Source: Candidatus Eiseniibacteriota bacterium
GTDB taxonomy: Bacteria > Eisenbacteria > RBG-16-71-46
Assembly: GCA_038231135.1 (NCBI GenBank)
Contig: JBBRLX010000002.1
Location: 32,001 to 96,000, forward strand
Direction: 5' to 3'
Length of the DNA stretch: 64,000 bases
Shown: positions 53,357-61,396 of the stretch, piece after piece
Position numbering within the stretch: the stretch's first letter is position 1
Layout: every line of letters starts with the position of its first letter
Position numbers and translations under genes: made by a program
Notes under the pieces: generated by a model
Database searches by the model: none
What the model was told of the DNA's origin: nothing
The model's input: only the letters and a program-made list of their open reading frames with translations

Positions 53357-55450
53357 TCAGTCGGTGATGACCGTCCGCGTCGTGCGCACCTCACCGTTCG
53401 CATGCAGACGGTAGAAGTACATGCCCGAGCGCACCTGCTTGCCGCTCGCGTTCAGACCGCTCCAGGACTTCTGATAGATGCCGGCTTCCATCCGGCCGGT
53501 GGCGATCGTCGCCACGTGACGGCCGAAGATGTCGTACACGCCGAGGTCGACCTGCGTCGCCCGCGGCAGCGAGAACTGGAAGTTCACCGTACGCGCCGGG
53601 TTCGGGAACGCGGAGAACGACAGCGCTCCCGCGAACTGCGATCCGACACCCGCCGGGTTCTTGATCACGATGTCGGCCTGCGACCTGGGAGCCACCCGGA
53701 AGCTGGGGGTGCTGGTGCTGGTCGTGTAGTGGATCACGCCGGTCACATCGACCAGCGTGCCGGGTGCGGGATAGCTCGCCGCGACATTCGGGCCGAGCAC
53801 CAGGTTGATGTTCTCGCAGAACATCGTGTCCGGGTACAACGGCGCCGGACCGGCGACGTGGAAGCCGGTGGTCGGCAGCGGGATGAACCGCTGAACCACC
53901 TTCACGTTCTGCAGCTTGACCAGCTCGGACAGGTAGTCACGCGCGCTGTTGATGTTCTGGTCGGCGTCGCAGGTGTCGTAGCTGGCGAGCGCGATCCGCA
54001 TCTTGATCGGCGCCGGAACGCCCGGCGTGCCGACGTCGCGCACGTACTGGACGGACGCGAACTCGTTCTCACTGAAGAACTCCTCGGACGCGCCGGCGAT
54101 CACGTACTGGTGACCCAGGGTCAGCGCGACCGGCGGTGCGAACACCGTGATGCCGCGGTGGTCGGCGGCCGGGCTCAACGGAGTCGGATCTTCCATGTAG
54201 TACAGGTTGCCAAACACGCCCGTCACAATGCCGGTCACCGTCGAGCGCGGTCCGAACAGGCCGTTCGTGAACTGGCCGAGCGCGCCCGCGTAATTGGACT
54301 TGTCGTGGCAGGGATTCGCGGCGAGCGAATCGGGGTTCGGCGACGACATCTGACCGGTGGTGAGCAGACCGGCGAGGAACGTGGAATTCACCGGCGTCGT
54401 CATGGTCTTGTTGTTGGCGACGCCCGTGATGCCATTGACCTGGATGGTTTCCTGCGAGCCGTCCAGCAGACCGGTCGTCACGTTGAGAATCACCGCACTC
54501 GTGCCGTCCATCACCGCCGAATTCACGGTGCCGAACGAAGCCAGCGTGTAGTTGGCCGTGTTCGTGGCGGTGCCCACGGTCACGTCGCGGTCGAACACGA
54601 CGCGGTACTGCGTGTCGGTGATCGAGTACGCGTCGGAGACACCGGGCGGCACGTTGTCGATGATGTCGGCGGCGTCACGCGGCATGATGCGGAATCCGCG
54701 CGTCGCCTCATTGCCGATGCCGGACACCTGGGTCAGGATCGTGCCCAGCGCCGGCGGCACGATGGTCGTGAGCTTGCCGAAGTCGAGGAACACCGAGTCG
54801 CTCGGGGCCGCGTCGCGGACGACGAGGCAGGCCTTGAACAGGTTCGAGTCGCCGACGCGCGCCACGCGGACGGGGCCGGTGAGCCTCACCAGCGCGCTCA
54901 CGTAGGGGGCGAACGTGGTGTTGGTGGGCAGCTCGTTCAGGTCCGTGGTATTGCCGGAGAAGAATCCCGGCAGCGGACGGCCGCTGACGATCTTGCGGAG
55001 CACGATGTTCGGGCTCGAGAAGTTGTTGTTCGGGGCCTCGAGCTCGGTGTCGCCGGCGAACTGGGCGACGCGCGCGAACTCGACGCGGATCGAGTCACCG
55101 CGCTGGAAGTTGTAGACCGGCCGCATGTTCGTGCCGTGGGTGAACACGTCGATACCGCTGTTCTGTCCGCCCGACGACTGCTGGATGTAGACATCGAAGC
55201 CGGTCGGGTTTTCGTCGAAGCCGGTGATGATGCCGCCGACACCGTTCACAGTGTCACCGATGGCGCCCGCGGCGCCGGTCTGCGGCGCGCAGGAGGCTGC
55301 GGTGTTCAGCAGCGACTTGAGGCGAATGATCGACAACGTATCCGTACATGTGACGTGATCCGAATTCGGATACGACGTAAACGCAAACGCGGCACTGGCT
55401 ACGATCAACATCGTGGCCGCGCCAAGAGCAGTAACAAGCAACTTCCTCAT
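53357..55450 (-). CDS. Secreted protein with tandem YhcR/ExeM-like OB folds, an Ig-like domain and a FlgD/T9SS-like CTD
   Basis: Signal peptide (AFA|F); two 'G..TG....Y.(Q/E).....GI.VF.....G....(V/I).....(Q/E)F....E' plus 'LV.L...V...G.....F...PR..ADI' pairs; 'V.FDRDV....A.N.ANY' Ig domain; CTD 'AFPNP...YDIFGR.V...WSG....G..V.SGMYF'. Confidence 0.85.
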   Translation of the reverse strand: MRKLLVTALGAATMLIVASAAFAFTSYPNSDHVTCTDTLSIIRLKSLLNTAASCAPQTGAAGAIGDTVNGVGGIITGFDENPTGFDVYIQQSSGGQNSGIDVFTHGTNMRPVYNFQRGDSIRVEFARVAQFAGDTELEAPNNNFSSPNIVLRKIVSGRPLPGFFSGNTTDLNELPTNTTFAPYVSALVRLTGPVRVARVGDSNLFKACLVVRDAAPSDSVFLDFGKLTTIVPPALGTILTQVSGIGNEATRGFRIMPRDAADIIDNVPPGVSDAYSITDTQYRVVFDRDVTVGTATNTANYTLASFGTVNSAVMDGTSAVILNVTTGLLDGSQETIQVNGITGVANNKTMTTPVNSTFLAGLLTTGQMSSPNPDSLAANPCHDKSNYAGALGQFTNGLFGPRSTVTGIVTGVFGNLYYMEDPTPLSPAADHRGITVFAPPVALTLGHQYVIAGASEEFFSENEFASVQYVRDVGTPGVPAPIKMRIALASYDTCDADQNINSARDYLSELVKLQNVKVVQRFIPLPTTGFHVAGPAPLYPDTMFCENINLVLGPNVAASYPAPGTLVDVTGVIHYTTSTSTPSFRVAPRSQADIVIKNPAGVGSQFAGALSFSAFPNPARTVNFQFSLPRATQVDLGVYDIFGRHVATIATGRMEAGIYQKSWSGLNASGKQVRSGMYFYRLHANGEVRTTRTVITD

Positions 55451-55589
55451 GGGAACACCTCTCGTTGAAGTGGGACCGGGTTGCGACACGTACTCTTAGC
55501 GCTCGTTTGGAAGGCGGTACCTCGTTGCACTCCCGCAACTCTCGCGCAGACGAGAAGTTGGTGTGCGAAGATTGGACAAGCCCATGCAA

Positions 55590-55598
55590 AGCATAACA
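55590..55598 (-). promoter_or_regulatory. Extended -10 promoter element for the OB-fold gene
   Basis: TGtTATGCT on the minus strand, about 140 bp upstream of the ATG in a lower-GC spacer. Confidence 0.45.
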
Positions 55599-55762
55599 AG
55601 CCGCGACGGGATGGGTCGAACAAAATGCATGAGTCGCTTGAGTTTCGACCGTGTAACGAGTTCGCGGAATCGGGGGAGAGTTTCAGGGTTCGAAACTTCG
55701 ATCGCCGCTGTGAACCGATGCTACCTGAACCACACAAAGGGTAGGGTCAGACGACCCTTCCG

Positions 55763-57208
55763 TCAAGGCCCAGTCAATCCCAGCAGCCCGAAAATCTTGA
55801 GGAGGACGAGGCTCGCACGCTGACCCGCGACCGCCGTTCCCGACACCATGGGGTAGGTATCCACGATCATCCGGCCCCCATGCGGCTGCGGCACGTTGAG
55901 ACCGACCGCCATGTCGATCGCATTGTCCTGCGAAAACGTGTGGGCGGGGACCACAGCGAGGATCTGCGAGGCGTCGCGGGTCAGGAACCCGCGCATGCCG
56001 CCGACGATGCGCCGGTTCACGAGGCTGTCCGAGAGCGTCGGGAACAGCACGGTTCCGGAACCGGACAGCCCCCATGCCGCCGACGAGTCGGGCACGGGGA
56101 AGAACTGGAACACCCCGGCGCAGTTGAGATACCGGTCCGCGAAGTCCAGGGACAACGCCCCGTTCGTGTTCGGCGTCGCGATCAGGGCGAGCGACTCGAT
56201 GAGCATGCGGCCGCCCTGGTCCAGGTAGGGGCCGATTCCGTCCCCGAAGCTCCCCAGCGTTTTCGAGGACAACGTCTGTTCGCCGTGATACCAGACCACG
56301 GTCTCGAACTGGTCGAGCGTCTGCTCGAGGTCCCTGGCCGACCGGAACGGCTGATTCACCGCCAGGTGCAGCACCGACCAGTCGCCGGCCAGGAGCCCGG
56401 CGTTCGCGATGGCATGGACGTAGAGCGTGTCGTTGCGGAACTTCGCCGCATCGTTGCTGGGCAGGTCGTCCACGAGCAGCAGCCGGGCCCGGGCCCCCGT
56501 GACCGGGGCGCGGACGTACCACCGCACGCTGTCGACCGAGCCGAGCATGCCGCCGTCGTCGATGCCCTGGATGTAGAGCGTGCGGAAGCCCGACTTATAG
56601 ACGCCGTTCTCGAGAAACTTGGCGCTCGGCAGCGTGAACGTGAAGCTGTTCGCGACCACCGCCTCGTCCTCGTGCCCGTTGAGCCACACGCGGCTCACGA
56701 CCTTGTTGGCGTCGCCGTCGGGATCCGACACCGTCCACTGGATGGTGATCGACGCGAACGTGGTGTCGGAGCGGTCGGCCGAGTTCGGCTTGGTGACGAT
56801 CCGCACCACGGGCGGGGTGTTCCTGAAGTTGAACACCTGGTGCGCCGGGTCCGGGTCCTTCACGCCCTTGTCGTCGATCGCGCGCGCCTCGAACACCGCA
56901 GACGTGAATCCGGTCGGGGCGAGCACCGTGATCAGGCTGTCGGTGAGCGTCGTGAACCGCCACGCGGAGTCGGCCGGAGCCGCGGGGTTGAGCAAGCGGA
57001 CTTCGTAGCCGGCGATATAGCCGCCGGCCTCGGTTCCGAACCAGTGCATGTGGACGACGTGGTTCACGGTGTCCACCGGTCCCTGGATGAAGATGATCGT
57101 GTGCGGCGCGGAATTCGGGCGCAGGACGCCCTTGATCCCGCACCCGGCCACGGCGAGTGCCGCGAGCGCGAGCCCCGCCCAGAGTCCCTCCATCGAGATC
57201 CGGCGCAT
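55763..57208 (-). CDS. Lipoprotein with two Ig/FN3-like domains and a C-terminal alpha/beta domain
   Basis: Lipobox 'VAGC'; 'N.AP.T','W.G......I.GYE','FEARAIDD.G..DP.PA','N.PP.V','DPDGD'; 'RLLLVDD...VVWYHGE...YLDQGG'. Confidence 0.85.
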   Translation of the reverse strand: MRRISMEGLWAGLALAALAVAGCGIKGVLRPNSAPHTIIFIQGPVDTVNHVVHMHWFGTEAGGYIAGYEVRLLNPAAPADSAWRFTTLTDSLITVLAPTGFTSAVFEARAIDDKGVKDPDPAHQVFNFRNTPPVVRIVTKPNSADRSDTTFASITIQWTVSDPDGDANKVVSRVWLNGHEDEAVVANSFTFTLPSAKFLENGVYKSGFRTLYIQGIDDGGMLGSVDSVRWYVRAPVTGARARLLLVDDLPSNDAAKFRNDTLYVHAIANAGLLAGDWSVLHLAVNQPFRSARDLEQTLDQFETVVWYHGEQTLSSKTLGSFGDGIGPYLDQGGRMLIESLALIATPNTNGALSLDFADRYLNCAGVFQFFPVPDSSAAWGLSGSGTVLFPTLSDSLVNRRIVGGMRGFLTRDASQILAVVPAHTFSQDNAIDMAVGLNVPQPHGGRMIVDTYPMVSGTAVAGQRASLVLLKIFGLLGLTGP

Positions 57209-57210
57209 GA

Positions 57211-59199
57211 TCAGAAGTTCTCCCGGTCGGATTTCACGATCAGGAACTTGCCGGTCTGCCGCTTCTTCGTGCGCTTGTCCTCGATCGCCCACATGTAGAG
57301 CCCGGTCGCCGCGGCCTGGCTCTGGCGGGTGATGAGGTCCCAGCCGAACGTGGTCCCCGACAGCACCGCCTTCACGTCGGTGCCGGGGCGGAAGATGCCC
57401 CGGGCATTGCGGCCGTCGTACGTCGCGCCGTTGAAGTCGGTCTCGAACACCAGGTCCCCGGATAGCGTGTAGATGTGGATCGTGCATTCGGTCGGCAGGT
57501 TCGCGAACCACAGGTAATGGTCCCGCGCCTGTTGCGCCCGGTCCCACGACGTCTCGACGCGATAGGGGTTCGGGAACACCGTCACGCTGTTCGGGGCGAC
57601 CTCGCCGGGTGCCGGCGCCGGCACCCCCGCCAGCTCGTTCTGGGCGAAGCCGCTCTCGAGCGACTCGATGTCCTGGGTGCCGAGATCGTAGGCCGTCACC
57701 GCGGTGAAGTACTTGAAGCCGTCGCGGAGGTGATCGATCGTGAACCGGTAGTGGTAGGTGACGCCGTCGATCACCAGCGGCTGGGCCAGCCGCACGGCAT
57801 CGAGGCCGGTGTTGAACCCGGTGGTGTCGTTGACGCCCCCCTTGAGGTCGAACTGCGCCGCCTGGTCCAGCGAGTCGCGGCTGCTGCCGATGTAGATGCG
57901 GTAGCCCTCGAAGTCCTTGCCGATCGGGCTCGTGCGGTCGATGAAGTTCTCCGCCGAATCGTCCCAGTAGTAATCGAGCGCATGATCCCTCGCCACGACC
58001 TTGAACTGCGGGGAGGGCGGCGGCACGGGCACGATGTAGTGGAGGTCGTAGGCGCGCTGGGCGGTGACCGCCCGCTTCGCGAGTTCCGCCGCAGTCGTGC
58101 CGCCGATGTAGGCGAAGTCCACGGAGATGCTGTCGCCCGGATTGACCGTGAAGAACGGCCCTACGGCCAACAGGCTCACGGGATCGCCGGTCCCCGGCGC
58201 GAGGCTGTCGGGCAGCGGGTTGAGATTGGTCTTGAGGCCGCTCGCCATCAGCACGTACTTGAGCGAGTCCTCGGAGCGTGCCGGATCGCCCGGGGCATAG
58301 TTCCAGGCCTGGAACGTGACCCGCTTGTCGGTGGTGTCGCTGACGTTGCCGGGCTTGACCCCGAGCAGCTTCATGCCCACCAGCTCCGGCACCAGGTCGA
58401 ACCGGCATTGCGCGGGGAACGGCCGGCCCTGGCAGAACCGCTCCGTCTCCATGCTCAGCGAGTCCACGTAGCCGATGAGCTTCTTCGAGAACCACCCGCT
58501 CGGCGGCACCTGGCTCTGCAGCCGCATGTTGCCGCTCGCGAACTCGTCGTACATGCCGAAGTACAGGCCGCGCAGCGGCGGGCCGTCGTTCTTGATGACG
58601 TAGTGGAAGATGACGAAGTGCGCGTAGTCGGAGAACGACCACGCGAACGTGTACTGGGTCACGATCACATTCAGCGGGCGGTGGCGCTTGCGGCGGTCGG
58701 CCGGGCGGTCGCTGTACTGCGAGATGTAGTCGGTCTCGCTGATCGCATCGCGATCGAAGAACCGGCTGTTCGGCAGCGTCGACCGCGCGCCGACCGACAG
58801 GCCGGCGGGGGTGAATTCGCTGGCGGCGGCGCTGCTGGAGCCGGCCGAACCGTCCTCGGCCGCGATCGTGACGCCGATGAACGCGCCGTCCTCGTCCGCC
58901 GACAGCGCGCCGATCCACGGGCCGCCGCGCACCATGTGCATGTGGCTCGAGCCCAGCGGGTATTCGAACGACGGCGCGAACGACGAGAAGTTCGTGCCGA
59001 TGAAGCCGTAGTTCGTGAGCGTCATGCCCACCTTGTTCGCGGTCAGCACGCGGGCGGCATACTGGATCGAATCGCCGGTGGCCGTGACGCGCTCCGCACC
59101 GTACGGTTCGGGAAGCAGCGGATGGTCCACGGCGGCGCGCGCGGAGGTGGCGAGCAGGGCGGCCGCGGCCGTCGCGAGCAGGATCGAACGGGTATGCAT
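57211..59199 (-). CDS. Large secreted protein with FN3-like domain and variant CTD
   Basis: Signal peptide; 'N.VGM.LTNYG..G...FEYP','P.PP.SP','DFEGYRIY','Y..AVTAYD','LESG','VFPNPY...F.NLP..CTI.IYTLSGDLV...WDL.T...Q..ATGLY...GKFLIVK'. Confidence 0.85.
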   Translation of the reverse strand: MHTRSILLATAAAALLATSARAAVDHPLLPEPYGAERVTATGDSIQYAARVLTANKVGMTLTNYGFIGTNFSSFAPSFEYPLGSSHMHMVRGGPWIGALSADEDGAFIGVTIAAEDGSAGSSSAAASEFTPAGLSVGARSTLPNSRFFDRDAISETDYISQYSDRPADRRKRHRPLNVIVTQYTFAWSFSDYAHFVIFHYVIKNDGPPLRGLYFGMYDEFASGNMRLQSQVPPSGWFSKKLIGYVDSLSMETERFCQGRPFPAQCRFDLVPELVGMKLLGVKPGNVSDTTDKRVTFQAWNYAPGDPARSEDSLKYVLMASGLKTNLNPLPDSLAPGTGDPVSLLAVGPFFTVNPGDSISVDFAYIGGTTAAELAKRAVTAQRAYDLHYIVPVPPPSPQFKVVARDHALDYYWDDSAENFIDRTSPIGKDFEGYRIYIGSSRDSLDQAAQFDLKGGVNDTTGFNTGLDAVRLAQPLVIDGVTYHYRFTIDHLRDGFKYFTAVTAYDLGTQDIESLESGFAQNELAGVPAPAPGEVAPNSVTVFPNPYRVETSWDRAQQARDHYLWFANLPTECTIHIYTLSGDLVFETDFNGATYDGRNARGIFRPGTDVKAVLSGTTFGWDLITRQSQAAATGLYMWAIEDKRTKKRQTGKFLIVKSDRENF

Positions 59200-60386
59200 C
59201 ACGGGCGCCTCTTGTAGCGGATCACCTGACCCCGGCCCAGGTCGGCGACGTACGCCAGGGAGTCGTCGACACCGATGGCGATGGGATCGAGCAGCGGCAG
59301 GTTGTCGGAATTCTTCTCGATGTTCACGTCCTGCAGGTAGGTACCGTAGGTGTCGTACCGGACGATTCGCTGGTTGTGCCGGTCGACCACGTACAGGAAG
59401 CCGGACTCGTCGACGGCGACACCCTGCGGGGCGTCGAAGCTGGTGCCGGTGGGCGTCTCGCTGCCGTCCACCTTCGTGATCCCGACGCCGGCCAGCGTGG
59501 TCGCGATCAGCTTCGCCTTGTTGTTGCCACGGTCGGCCACGAACACCGCGCCCCCGCGCGTCGGCGTCCACGTGGTCCCGCGCGGATCGGACACCGACGA
59601 GTTGCCGGTGCCGTCGAGCACCACCCAGGTGGTGTCCCGGTGCCAGTTCGCCCCCGGCATGTGGATGTCACCGATGCCCGGATACTTGGGACCCGGCGCG
59701 TAGCGGTAGACCCGCGAGATGAACTTGCGGGTGCGGATGCGCGGGTCGACCATCGAGGTGTCGAGCACCACGGCGATGCCGGATACGTAGACGTTGCCCA
59801 GGTCGTCGGCCGCGATGCCGTTGACGACCGCGATCGTGGTGTCGGTGAACGTCGACACCGTGTCGCCGCCGCTGATGCCGTATTCGCGCACCCGCCAGAT
59901 CGCCGAGTAGTCGAGGACGATGCTGGGCCGGCCGTCGTGCACGGTGTCCGGGCGGCAGGTGCCGCGCTCGGGGTCGAACTTGGCGAGGCACGAGTCGCCC
60001 TCGTCGAGCACGAACAGCTTGTTCCGGGCCGACGCGATCGCGACCGGATTGAACAGCGTCCGCGGCGCGTTGAAGAACGGCGAGCCGATCGGCACCGGCT
60101 GGGTGAACGGATACAGCCGGACTTCGCCGCGCGGGGTCTGCGGTCCGCCGCTGCCGCCGTGGTTGAACAGCAGGAACAACTGGGAGCCGGTGCCGCGCGT
60201 GATCATCACGTCGCGGATGCCGTCGAGGCCCTTCCACGTCGCCAGCATGGCGTAGCTCTTGTCGCTCGGCACCGGGGCGTTGTTGCGGCGCTCGGTCGGC
60301 AGCTCGAACTTGCCGCCGCAGCCGGCGGCGAGCCCGATCGCGAGCAATCCCACGCCCACTCCCGCCAGCACGCTCGCGCGGCGCAT
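59199..60386 (-). CDS. NHL-repeat lipoprotein
   Basis: Lipobox 'AAGC'; 'F.NP.AIA','GIAADD.GNVYV','VFVADRGN','F.APQGVAVDESG.LYVVD..N.RI'. Confidence 0.85.
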   Translation of the reverse strand: MRRASVLAGVGVGLLAIGLAAGCGGKFELPTERRNNAPVPSDKSYAMLATWKGLDGIRDVMITRGTGSQLFLLFNHGGSGGPQTPRGEVRLYPFTQPVPIGSPFFNAPRTLFNPVAIASARNKLFVLDEGDSCLAKFDPERGTCRPDTVHDGRPSIVLDYSAIWRVREYGISGGDTVSTFTDTTIAVVNGIAADDLGNVYVSGIAVVLDTSMVDPRIRTRKFISRVYRYAPGPKYPGIGDIHMPGANWHRDTTWVVLDGTGNSSVSDPRGTTWTPTRGGAVFVADRGNNKAKLIATTLAGVGITKVDGSETPTGTSFDAPQGVAVDESGFLYVVDRHNQRIVRYDTYGTYLQDVNIEKNSDNLPLLDPIAIGVDDSLAYVADLGRGQVIRYKRRP

Positions 60387-61396
60387 CAGAACGTCACCCC
60401 GAGCGAGAACCGGTGGATGGCGCCGAGGAAGCCGCCGTCGGTGTACGCGTAATCGAGCGTGCCGTGCAGCGAGGCCAGGTCGCCCGCGAAGCCGGCGCCG
60501 GCGCTGAACTTGAGATCGTCGGAATTGAAGTTGTAGCCGGTGCGCAGCGCGAACACGCGGCGGATCGACCACTCCGCGCCCGCCTTCATCTGCTGGCGGT
60601 TGTCGGCAGGCTGATTCATCTCGATCGCCGTGGTCAGGCGGTTCGTCGAGTTCTCGATCGGTTCGAACGCCAGTCCGTACCGGAAGCTGAGCGGCGGGTC
60701 GAACCCGTCGTACTGCCGCACCTCGCCGCTGTAGGGCGACACGTAGCGGCCGGCCGGCTTCAGCTCGGAGCCGAAGTTCGACAGCGAGGTCGCGATCCGG
60801 ATGCTGCCGATGCCGAGATAGAAGATGGAGCCCACATCGTAGAGGATGGCGCTGGTGGTCGGGCCGCCGAGCTGGGAACCCAGGTCCTCGCGGATGTACT
60901 TGGCCCCCACGCCGACCAGCAGCTTGTCGGTCCAGCGCCGCGCGTACGCCGCGCCGGCGACGAAGTCGGAGTAGGTGAACTGCCGGCCGGTGCCGAACGG
61001 ATCGAGGTCGGTCGTCTCCTGGACGGTGGTGCCGAGCACGCCGAACTGCAGGCCGATCGAGCCGCCGAGCCGCTTTGACGGGATCACCAGCGTGAGGTGG
61101 TCGTAGTGGATGTCGGCCGGCCAGTCGGCGTGCGACTCCGAGATCACCCGGCGCTGCAGCGATGCCAGCCCGGCGACGTTCCAGTAGATCGCGCTGGGGT
61201 CGTTCGCCACCGCGACGAACGTCTCCCCCATGCCGGTGGCGCGTGCCCCGACGCCGATGCGCAGGAACGTGCCCGACGCGGTGCCCGCGCGCTGCCCGCC
61301 GAGGTCGTTCTGGGCCGACGCCGGAGCGTGCGCCAGCATCAGCCATAGCCCCGCGGCCACCGCGGCCCGCAACAGCCGGCGATCAGAAGTCGACAT
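60386..61396 (-). CDS. PorV/PorQ-family outer-membrane beta-barrel
   Basis: 'AGT....FLRIGVGARATGMGE.FVA.AND.SAIYWN.AGL','D.G......N.G','GAEW....FALR.GY','DYAY...G.LG..HRFSL..TF' with C-terminal Phe. Confidence 0.9.
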   Translation of the reverse strand: MSTSDRRLLRAAVAAGLWLMLAHAPASAQNDLGGQRAGTASGTFLRIGVGARATGMGETFVAVANDPSAIYWNVAGLASLQRRVISESHADWPADIHYDHLTLVIPSKRLGGSIGLQFGVLGTTVQETTDLDPFGTGRQFTYSDFVAGAAYARRWTDKLLVGVGAKYIREDLGSQLGGPTTSAILYDVGSIFYLGIGSIRIATSLSNFGSELKPAGRYVSPYSGEVRQYDGFDPPLSFRYGLAFEPIENSTNRLTTAIEMNQPADNRQQMKAGAEWSIRRVFALRTGYNFNSDDLKFSAGAGFAGDLASLHGTLDYAYTDGGFLGAIHRFSLGVTF

